Assembly: GCF_000150275.1 (NCBI RefSeq)
Contig: NW_002060945.1
Location: 3,371,172 to 3,435,171 of the forward strand
Length of the DNA: 64,000 bases
Origin: Trichoplax adhaerens
Taxonomy: Eukaryota > Animalia > Placozoa
Reading direction: 5' to 3'
Below the pieces are notes generated by a model. It saw only the letters and a program-made list of their open reading frames with translations. It ran no database searches and was not told where the DNA came from. The position numbers and the translations under genes are program-made. Below, in pieces: positions 42,401 through 54,400 of the stretch; the first letter of the stretch is position 1; each line of letters begins with the position of its first letter.

Positions 42401-45400
42401 CAGATTGTTGTATAATTATATTATAATATTATCCTCGTTTTACAATGTTTCCTCCTCATAATGACCTATCCATATCGAATTAAATTCTTTTAAAGGTAAT
42501 CTTGATTATGATTTTTGACTGTCCTCAAACACTAGACTAATGCATTAATCTCCAGTGGAGCTTGCTAACTTATTCACCTTACTGTGATGGCCGTTCTCGT
42601 CGTCTATTTCTATTGTCGCCATTTCTATTTGATGCAAATAAAGCCATTCCGATCTCGTCAAAAATAATGAGTTCAAATCGTTATTGCTTAAGTCCACTTT
42701 GATGACTTATTTCACATGTTTTAGTGGGGTAAAAATTAATTTATTGGACACCACATTAGCTTGATTCCATAAGACATGTCTGGCGTTAGGCATTGTACCC
42801 ACTAGCGTATTCATCGATAGACAAGATAGTTGTTACAACATGGAATTTCTACACGGTTAAAAAATCAATTGCCTTGATTTTTAATTTGCCTTTCCTCCAT
42901 TACTATGCTTCAAGGTCATCACCATGAACGGAACTTCAAAGTTACACCGATATGTCGCCAATGATCAGTTAACTTCTGATTTACATGGCAATTTGGCCTA
43001 CGATCACGATAATTGGGTAGAAATTCGAGTGGTAAGTTTACTTATTTTACGATCGATGGCTCCATCGATTATAAACGATAAGAAGAATGAAGAGTTTATC
43101 CTTGTATTCCGTCCACTGATTTTTATTTTAATCTTCAAACGATTAATAATGGAGGAAAAAGCAATTTCCCTTAAAACGATGTTAGCGATTCAGGTTTAGA
43201 TAGTCCATTAAACTACTCTAAATGAACTCTATTCCCTAAGCGTTGACGATCTATGCTTATACTGAAAGTAAATTATGAAAGTTGGATAACTGTTTTACCG
43301 TGTCCGCTAATCTTATTCGACTTTCAACAACTGTCATGTCCAATAATCTTATAGGATAGAATTGAAGTTACTCGTAGAGTAGTATAAGACGATTATCGCT
43401 ATGTCTCCACTAACACCAAGAGAATACTAAATACGATCACGTTCTGCCTCCATTTTTATTTTAAAGGATACCCTGATTAAGAGTGTTATCCTATAAGATA
43501 AAATTGAAATTCCTCATAGATTACGATAAGATGACTATCGCTACAACTCCATCAATGTCGATAGAATTCTACATAAGTTTATGTCTACGTTCCGTCTCCA
43601 TTTCTCTTTGTAGTGAATGAGTTCTATCATATTATCCAAGCAGAAAATAATCCAGTAGAACTATTGGTTAAATTCTAGAGTAGTATGAATATCTTATACT
43701 GTATTTACATGATTTAATCCTGTCAAAGCTGAAAAGAATCGATTAAGACTATTTATTAAATTCTAGTATGAATATCTTTATAATGTACTTACATGATTTA
43801 ATCTTGCCGAAGTAGAAAAGATTCGAGTCATACTTTATTTTGAATTCTAGATTCTCTATACATACGTAACTTAATCTTGTCGAAGTAGAAAATAATCGAG
43901 AAGTACTATTTGTTTAACACGATATAAATACAGGTCTTTATACTTACATAATTTAATCCTAACTAAGTAGAAAACAATCGAATAGCACTGTTTGTTAAAT
44001 TTCAGTTTAATGTCATTATACTGTACTTACATGATTTAATGTTACCGAAGTAGAATATAATCGAGTACCTGTTAGTTTCTAGCTCGTTGTACTTTCATGA
44101 TTTAATCTTGTCAAAGTAGAAAATGATCGAGTAGTAGGCTACTATTTGTTAAATTCTTTATACTGACATGATTCGATCTTGTCGAAGTAGAAAATAATCG
44201 AATAGTAGTATTGTTAAATACGATATAAATACCGATCTTTATGCTTACATGATTTATCTTGTCGAAGTAGAAACAATCGAATAGTACTATTTGTTAAGTT
44301 CTAGGCTAATATCATCATTTAATCTTGCAGAAGTAGAAAATAATCGATGACCTGTTAAGTTCTATGTGAATATCGTTCTACTTACGGGATTTAATTTTGT
44401 CAAAGTAGAAGATAATGGAGTAGTAGGGTACTATTTGTTGAGTTCTTTATACTTACATGATTCGATCTTGTCGAAGTAGAAAATAATCGAATAGTAGTAT
44501 TGCTAAATACGATATAAATACCGATCTTTATGCTTACCTGACTTACCTTGTCAAAGTAGAAACAATCAAACAGTACTATTTGTTAAGTTCTAGGCTAATA
44601 TCATCATTCAATCTTTACCGAAGTAGAAAATAATCAAGTACCTGTTAACCTCTAGGTCGTTCTACTTACATGATTTTATCTTGTCAAAGTAGAAAATCCA
44701 GTAGTAGGGTACTATTTGTTGAATACTAGATTAACATCGATATACCTATACGATTTAATCTTATCGAAGTAGAATATAATCGAGTATGTACTTATTAAAT
44801 TTAAGATAGATATACTTACATAATGTAATCTTATCGAAGAAGAAAAAATGATCATGTAGTAATGTTTATTGCTAGTAGAACGCCATCAAAAAGCATAAAA
44901 TTAATTTAAGTTTCATCTCTATAAAACCTTTTCATGAACCCAGAATCAACAGCCTATATCTGCCATTTAAACTCCTTCATAAATCAACTATGGATTAGTG
45001 TAGTATGGAAAAACATCTTCCCATTTCACGATGGGAATCAACGATATCAACAATTTCTAAATGCGGTCATCCAGTACGAATAGTTTGATGATGAAAGATT
45101 GAGTCGATATGACGATAGAACGCCTTAAGCTTAGTTTAATCTTTTAATCCCTAAATGAATTTGTTGCAATCCTTCTACGAGTCCATTCTCTATCCTATAC
45201 TGATCTTGCTAGAGAAAGTGAATAAAGTAAATTGATGCTTGCCCATGTTAAAAATTCAATTTGCTTTTACTATCCAACCGTCATGAGATACGTTATTGAC
45301 TATATTGAACAGCGATGAGTATAAAATACCAACTGGATAGACAAATTGATTGATATTTTGCAATCTATCTATTCTTCTTTTACAGCAATGTATTTCCAAG

Positions 45401-48400
45401 TACTCCATTCATTATTTAATCCATATTCTTGTTCATTTTCATGTCAGTAGAATTAATCGTGTTATTCCAATTCTTTAATAACCAGGCACTAGAAGCATTT
45501 CGAAAACATGCTGTTGTGATATCGCAACACTTTGACGAAATTGAAATGCAATTAGCAAGGCGTGAAATTGCTAACGATGTGCCTGATCTTGAATATTTAA
45601 TACAGCAACATCGGTAAGATAATTTTATGACCTATCGACAATTATTGATTGATTGATTGACATTTCTGTAGTAGTAGTAAGATTTATATCCGAGTCCATT
45701 TGCCTTGGGCTTTCCGTTATTTCAATATTACTTGAGGAAGACTCTTTCGTTAAATCACAGTTGATTAATGCAACATCAGGTCATGGTTTATAGTCAAAAG
45801 AAGAGTATGGCGCCTGATATGCAATACTACTAGTACTTGATTTAAAGTACAACAAATAGTCAAAATAATTGAATATGCTAAAGTGTTCAAATATCTGTTG
45901 GTTGTTGCAACAGCTCTTAACCAGCAAAGATGGAGGCATCAAGAATTTCTTATCTTGCTAACTGATTATTACCGTGTGATATAAATTAGAAACTTTCAAG
46001 CGGAAGTCTTCGATACGCCAATGACTACCATCAATGAAGGCAAACAGGTATTAGTCCAACTTCGACCGAAATTTCAAAAAGACCAGATTGATGCACATGG
46101 TGTTCAAATGACTCCGGATCAAATTAACATGCTAAAAGAGGCAAAATTATTAAGTGAGCAATTGGAAGCTCGACATTCCCGTTTGCAAGAAAATTGGCAT
46201 GAATGGGATAAAACTCTATCCAATTATTTAACACTTGCTAAATTCAATGAAGGCTTTAAAGAGGTATGCTAAGTGAAGTATGGAAACAGGAGTAAATTTT
46301 TCTTGATTTATGATAGCTTAATTGTCAACTATTTTCTGTATGGCAAATTAGTTATTCGACGATAGCAGTAGTCAATTAATCTGGAATAAGTTTACATTTA
46401 CGGTTCGATCGTAAAATAACTCACGCCAAGTTGATCATTTTGTGTTACTTAAGTCATTCAATTTTAGTAGCAATCGTAGCCTTAGCATCAAATTATACAG
46501 TATTTCAAGTAATTAGAATTTCATGAACGTTTTTAAACATTTCCTTAATTTACATTCACTTAAACTTGTAAATAATAGCTGTGCTAGTAAAGGAGAGTTA
46601 CAAAATTAAATCATATTGAAAGACTTCATAAAATAAATGGTAGCTAGTATGGTGGCATAATAGATTTGATCCACTTCAATTTACCCTATTTATATTCGAT
46701 TATCTTTCTATCCAATGATTCATTTAAATTTGTCAAACTGCATGATTTTATTTGACTTTTGCAATAGACAGATTGTATAATAACATATTATATACTATTC
46801 TTTCTGCAATAGGTTATGGCATGGGTGAAAAATTCAGCAGAGCCTTATTTTGATTCGAGTAATGATATTGGCGATTCATACGCTAGTGTTCAAACTGTTA
46901 AAGATCAACATGATCGTTTTGAACTAGTGGCTAGGGTAAGACCAATTTTCCGACATGATTTAGTAAATGCAAACCACAAATTATGCTGGACAGAGAAAAT
47001 TCCACTAATTTTATTGCTTTTAATTTTAAATCACTAACGCAGAGTCTATCATGCATTTTGAATATATTTCTAGGAGATGCTGCAAACCTATCAAGATTTA
47101 TTGAATCAAGCAGCTAATTTACTCAAAGGAGGACATTATGCTTCAGCCGAAATTCAAAGCAAAGCTGAACATATGAAATTTTCTTGTATTGCAATACAAA
47201 GTAATTTAGAACGAAGACGAAAATTAATCAATGCTTCCATCAATTTCCACGAAGAAGCTGTTAATGTAAGTTTACCTTTAGCATGCATTAACATAAATCT
47301 TTCGCCTTTCGTATTTATTGTCCAAATACCTCATTGAAAGATCAATTTCTTCTTCAGCTTTCTCACTGTTTAGATGAACAATTCAAGTTAGCTGCAGCAT
47401 ATGCTGATGAAGATGATCTACAAGGTGTTCAAGAGATGATGCGAGTTTTGCAAGAAAAAGGAGACAGTATTTCACTCCACTTTGATGGAGTTCATAGTCA
47501 AGGAAAGACTATAATGAGAATCCTACAAGAGCCAGGTAATAACTTTCCTATCATAAATGGTATGATAGAATATTCTAATATAGAATAAATCTTCTGTACG
47601 CATAGATGAGATAACTTTACATATTCAAAAAAACATAATTCATTTTTACTGGTAGTGAAACTATTATACGATATTGAGGGATTAAAAGTACCCTAAAAGC
47701 ATCATTATTCAATCAATTTTTCAGTGGTTAGCAGTTCTGGTGAAAGCAAAGTATCTGATACCAAGGATCAACAATGGTATATTACACAAAGAATCGCGGC
47801 TTTAGAAGATAAAAAAGCTCGATGTAACGAAATTTTGGATAATCAAAAATCCAAATTAAAGCAATACCAACAATTATGGAGTTATAGACAAGATACTGAT
47901 GATGTAAATTCGATATTTAGACTACTCAGTGATGTAATAGGGTGAAATTATTGCCGAAAAAATAGAATTAATCTAGTTATGACTTAAATCATTCCTTTTC
48001 CTGTTACAGACGATTGCATGGTTGCAAGAATTATGCTTTAAATTAAGGTCCAATATCAATTTGGGTAAAAATGTCAAAATTTCCAAGGAGCTACAAAATG
48101 AGAATGAAAAATTTGAATTTAACGCTAAAGTACGGAAGAGATACTTCTTCGACCTATTCTTATTTTTTTGATACTGCAGAGTAATAAATCTAAGCATAAT
48201 ACTACAGAATTGAGTAATGCTTGGGAAATCTCTTGTCCTTTACATTAGGATTCATATAAATATGCTATGGATACTTTAAGTACCGCCATGACTGTCAGAA
48301 ATTCAGGTGAATATGAAGATGGTCCGACAAAAATTCAACAAGAAGCCTTGGATGAAATATGGGGAAAATTCACTAATGGAGTTACAGAACGTGCCTCTAG

Positions 48401-51400
48401 ACTTGCTGTTGCTATCATGTTGCATCATAAGTTAGATCAGGTCGATATTAAATCCCCTTTTAATTTCATTATATTCGACTATATCTTACAGAATTATTAT
48501 GAATTAATATAAATTTCTTTCATATGTAGGCTCTACGTCGATTATATGCTATCTCCAATAAACTAAAAAATGCTAATGAAAAAGCTAAAAAGAATTACTC
48601 ATCCAATCATATCAAGAGACATCAGCAACTTGTTGAATCCATTTCCTATAATTATGATAGTATTATGAGTATTGGCAAGGCTTTAACTGAACGTATACGC
48701 CAGCCCGTTATTCGGATAGATAGCAAGATGACAATACAAGAGAAAAAGAATATGAAAAAGGCCATCCATATCATTGAGAAACGGTTGCTAGAATTACAGC
48801 ATGCCAAGCATGATTTACAGGAAATCTGGGATTTCTATTATAATAAATATAGTGGCTTAAGACAGTACAACAGGTTTAACGAAAAAGCGGCTAAGGTTAT
48901 TATTTAATCTAGTTGAAATAAATTACTATTTTCAACAACGTTAGCTTAAAATTTCTTGCTGTGAGAAGTAGGTGATTCGAATGTACATGCGATTCTTTTT
49001 CTAAAAATGATGACATCAATTCATAATCCTATTTCTTTCTTCTTAATAGTTATTGCTATGGATTGAAGAGAAAAATGCTCAAATTCGAAATAAGATGGCC
49101 ATTGCATGTACTTTAGATGCGGCTAAATCAATCTATAATAAATTATTGGATGTCGGTAATGAAATTAAGGTAAATAAAAATTAATTTAGAAATAATGACA
49201 TTGGCTAATTCTGGCTTATTCTTGTTGTGTTACTTATAAAAATCATGATGTCGAAATATAATTATTGCTTGTTATTAGAGGTTTCTAATATGTGCTAAAG
49301 ATTTATATTCTATTATGTTATGGACTATAATGAATGACTCAAAACTAGTACTTATCCTAAAATAAAATTTCTCCTTAGTCAAAAAATTCCGAAATTGAGA
49401 AAGCACTCCGTGTTGGTCAGCAGCACTTGGACATTTTCCAAGAACAATCCAGTCAATATCAGACACTGGTACATGATCTGGAAGATTCTTGGGAAAATTT
49501 AAAAACCATGTCTATAAATTGGAGCAACGTGATCAAATGTGCAGTAAACTTCCACGAAAATATCGAAAAGGTATCTATAAATGTTTAATTGTTTTTAGAT
49601 TAAATGATTATTAAATATGGCATTTTCTTTAACTTATCGGTAATATTATTCTATACACAGTTGCATAGAATAATTGAAGAAGCTGAAAAGAAAGCCAGTA
49701 CCATGTCATTTGATAAATCATCTAATCTTAATCGTCAATTAAAAAACTACGATGAGATTATTGATCGTGGCGGTAAATATGTTGATGTGGTGAGCCAAAG
49801 TAGTCGAGAAATACTCAACTTAATCGAAAATTTGCAACAGCAAATGCAAGTTTCCGATAGTCCAATTAAACAAACACTATCATCGGCCAAGGAAAGATAC
49901 GATCAACTTGTTCAAAAACGAAATATTATGCAAAGGAGTCTGGAGGAATCTGAAATGATTACAGACATGAGAAGTGATATTAAGCAGGTAAGCTGCTATG
50001 AAATAAAATCTGAAAATTAGCATTCTTGACGAAAGAGTCTTGATAAATATCATGTTAAAATTATTGCCATAAAATTCCAAAACAATCATAGATTGATTGG
50101 AAAGATAGAATTAACATCTTGCCTTTAATAAAGTAAATGAATAGAAGCGTACTGGTCCTCATATTTGAATCAATCTCTAATGCACTTAATAACAGATTTA
50201 ATGATCATTTAGTAAGGACATAACGAATAAAACCAATTTATAATGATGTCTAATTATTTCGCTCACTGTATCCATAGTTGCAATTATTTATCGATGGGAC
50301 GGTTGGTACTCTTCTTAGTAGAAATACTGATTATGGACGTAAATTAGCTCGAATCCAGCAATTTGAAAAGCTGCACTTAAATATCCAACAAGAACTAGAG
50401 GTGCATGGACTTATTTTTTATCAATATTTCTAATCCAAGTTATACGCCAGAGTTATTGGCTAATCAAATCAGATTAAGTCTACAGCAACATTTAACTCAT
50501 CTTTTCATCTTCACTTTATGATAATAATTTGTAGAGCAATAATGAGAAATATCAAAAAATCAACAGTACTATTGGACAAGCAAAGATGGACCGAAATCTC
50601 GATCTTTCCACGATTGATGAAGACATTGATAAATTAAAGAATAGCTGGCCAGAATGCCAAGCTTTTCTTGAAAATCGTATATACTTAACTCAGATGGTAA
50701 TTGAACTCCAAAATAAAGTCAATGAGGTAAGATGAATGATGGAGGCGAAATCTCATCTTTACAACTTTAAAATTTGAGATTTTTACTCTTGGAAAAACGC
50801 ATAGAAAAATTGTTAAAGCACAGTATACGAAATAGAAATTAGCATCAAATCATTGAATAAAATTATAATAGCTTTTACACATATCAGTAAACTATTCAAA
50901 ATAAAAGCAACGAGTTAGATTTGAGAAAGTAGACTGAAAAGGGATGCCTAGCTTTTTCGATAATTTCTAAAAGACTAATATAATCTTATGCTATTTGAGT
51001 AACATCTGTAGCCATTTATCACTAATCGAATTATCGTAGATTGTCAAGTCTACACTATTTATTAACTCTAAATTAATTTCCTACTTTATATTAGATGGTA
51101 AATAAATGCAACGATTTACTCTCTCAATCGAAAAGAAGCTCCCAATCGACACAAGGTAGTGATGACCCTCTGGAAATAGAGAAAGACCTTGAAAGCGATG
51201 TTGCTAGACTAAAGAATAAAAGGATAGAGATTCAAAAGTTCTTAAGCAAAGTTAGTATCTAGCCTAGCGCATATTTTCCCCATTTTCGAAATATAATTAT
51301 AGCCATTTGATCGTTATAGTCGTACTGTATTGTAACTAGGGTAGTATTTCAGTGATGTAGGAATAAAGTTTTAATTAAGGATTCCTTTAAATTATTTAAA

Positions 51401-54400
51401 ATTTGTGTTTCTTTTAACAGGATATATTTGATTCTTATTTGGATGGTGGTGCCATTATGGAAGCCGTCGCTCAAGTCTTAGCTGATTTGGAAGACAAAAC
51501 TGCCAAAGCCAAAGTGGCTCTAGACACGAAGAATAAAATGCAAAAGTCAAATAAAGTAAAAGACGATCTAAAGAAGGTAAAAGTCTGGTTGTGTATAAAA
51601 CGATATTTTCACAGATTTGAAATATTTTTGAGGATTAAATAAGTTCTGTATCACAATATGAACTTTCACACAACATCGTTAGCGACGGACTATGAAATAT
51701 TAAAACTACTTTCAATTCTATTACGTTAAAGGCCCTACAAAACGTTCATGATCTTGATGAAGAAGTTGGGAAAGTGTCGATGGGAGAAGATTCTAGCAGT
51801 GTTGAAAAGGAACAAGAAAAATTGAAAGGATACAAATTTAAATTATCGGTATAGTCTATTCTTGTTGAAAATTGTTTCATCTAAATTGCATAACTGTGGT
51901 AAAGGCTGTATGTTAGATGTAAGTGTGAAGTAACGGAATATTCTTTCGCCATATTGTTTTCCTATACACCAACAGCAATTGAAACAACAAGTTGAAAAGT
52001 GTGCTAAAGATTGTACCAATGTTAGCGCAGGAGATGTTAATAGACTTCTAGATGATGCAAGGGATACATGCAATATCTTAGCTAAGAACTTATCATCATG
52101 CGAGTCTATGCTTGGATATGCAAAAGAATTCTTCTTATCTGCTGAAGAGGTTGTTCAATACCTACAGATTGTATTAATATATACTATATGATTTTCTTTT
52201 AATCACACTGAATTAGTGCATATTATGATTACTAAAGATAGTTTGATCAATAAGGTGTTAGCGTTAATCACAGTACTAAATGCATATTTGTTGCCATTTT
52301 GAAATTAGTATGAAAAATTAGTAGAGAAATCAAGGGAAATGATTAGAGGAAAACCTAAAACGACCGATCTACAACATGCTAAATCAATTATTTCTACCAG
52401 CGAATCGGCATTCCAAAAATTAGCTACGGCTTATGATAAAGTCTGTGATAATCACGCACAACTATGCGAATCGGTTAATTATTATCAAGAGCAACCAAAT
52501 TCATTAGAACTGATTACTGATGGTATTCAACAATTGGCTGAAGACTTTACGCTGCACCATGAAGAAATCTCTGAAAAATGGAGTGATTACCATAAAGAGC
52601 TGGAAGCAAGTCTTGAAGTTAGTGCATTGGAACAAGTCTTGGACAAGGTTAGATAAAATAAACATCTTCGGTTAGACAACTAAAGTATTAAAACTTTGAT
52701 TGGCTATAGTACAAAAATTGATTATGTTATGGGGGGATTCATAGTTTTCAGTTAACTTGATGAAATGGCAGCGGTATTCAGTATTAAGCTGCAAAACTAC
52801 TTTCTTGTCCTCTCGGTTGATTTGAAAAAAACAATATACTTTAATTTATTGCCGTATTTAACAAGAATTAATCATTTTAGCCATGCCCGCTCATTTGATA
52901 AAAGAGTAAATTATACTTATTCCTAAGATAGAAATAAGGCTAGATCATCTAAAAAATGATCCTTGAAAGTTTGACCGCTAATTTTCAATTCAATAATTAG
53001 ATTCGCACCCAAATCGATGCATTAGACAGCAGCATCAGTCAGAAGGAGAAAGTATTAATCTCGACATTACACGCTTGCAAGCGTGCCCGAAACGAATTTG
53101 AACAGTTTCAAGAAGAAATTAAGGTAATCTGTAGTATACGGTATAAATTATGTTTTCATGAATTCAATCATTTCCTATTTTATGTAATTATTATAAAACT
53201 GCGGTAGAGGCGAAGTTGCCAATTTTACTATATGTTATACCGTAGTTATAGAGTTGCTATTTGATAAGCTATCAAAATCTTTCTGAAGGTACTAAGTTAT
53301 AAAATGCTCATTTTGGTCCTAGGAAACTGAAAAAAATGTAGAGCGCTTAACTGATATGGCCGCTGATCTAGAAACTTCTAATGCTGATAAAGCTGAAGAA
53401 ATTGACACTAAAGCTGAGGACTTGGAGAAACGATGGCAAGAATTTATTGCGCGTGCTGAAAAGTATAATTTTACACTATCACTCCTCAGTCAATTCTATG
53501 AATATTGCAATGAGGTTAGTTGAGCAATTTCCAACATCTACTGAGTCTAAATCTCTTAGATACTTATGACTGTACTCGATAAATGCAACATAATTTTAAA
53601 TTATGGTGATCTTATTAAAGTTATAGTATATTATATCTTGAGTGTCCTATATTGCTGTTAAGATAGAGTACTAGCATAGAGTTAGGAAGATATCCTGGTT
53701 TCACTTTGTAATTCGAGATGTGAATTTTAGGATGATTACCGTTAGTGTTTATACAAACGATATTAGTGTCGATAATAGTTTTGTTAAATCAACTATTACG
53801 TAGTGCAGGAACTAATGTCAATCCTTTTTTACGCAAATTGTAAACTTTCTAAATCGATATTTACTCTCTTGACTGGTTAACTTTGGTAGGGAGATAAATG
53901 GATAAGAGATACTAAAAAAATGATTGATGATTTTGGAGATAAAATCCCCAAAAGGCCTGGTCGAATTGAAGCTACCAAGATGCTAACAGAATTGATGAAT
54001 AGAATTCAAACTGAAGAGATTGAAACATTGTTCATAGATATTGAAATTTTGGCCAAATATGTTGATGTTAAACCGGCTACTGACAAAGCAGGTACACTGT
54101 CAAAGAGATATAACGAAATTAAGCGAGATGGTGATAATTTACGACAGCAATTGGAACTCTTAAAGGAAGGGAAAATTAGAGGGCTATGGAAACTAACATC
54201 AGCTGCTAAAAATAAGGTCAGTAAATGGCTATGGTATTCTTTACATACAGTAGACTGATTTTACCCCAATATGATGATAGCATGTTTAACTTGACATCCT
54301 AACATTGGCGTTTTACAGGCAAACGCGATAGAAGATCAGGATGCAGATGCAAACAATGAGGATATTCCAAAACGTGAGAGATCTCCATCCAATGCTGTAA

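Noticed and set aside
43630-44860. CRISPR-like repeat/spacer appearance
   Set aside because: It lies in a eukaryotic intron, the cores are degenerate, the spacers are related to each other and recur periodically, and there are no cas genes.
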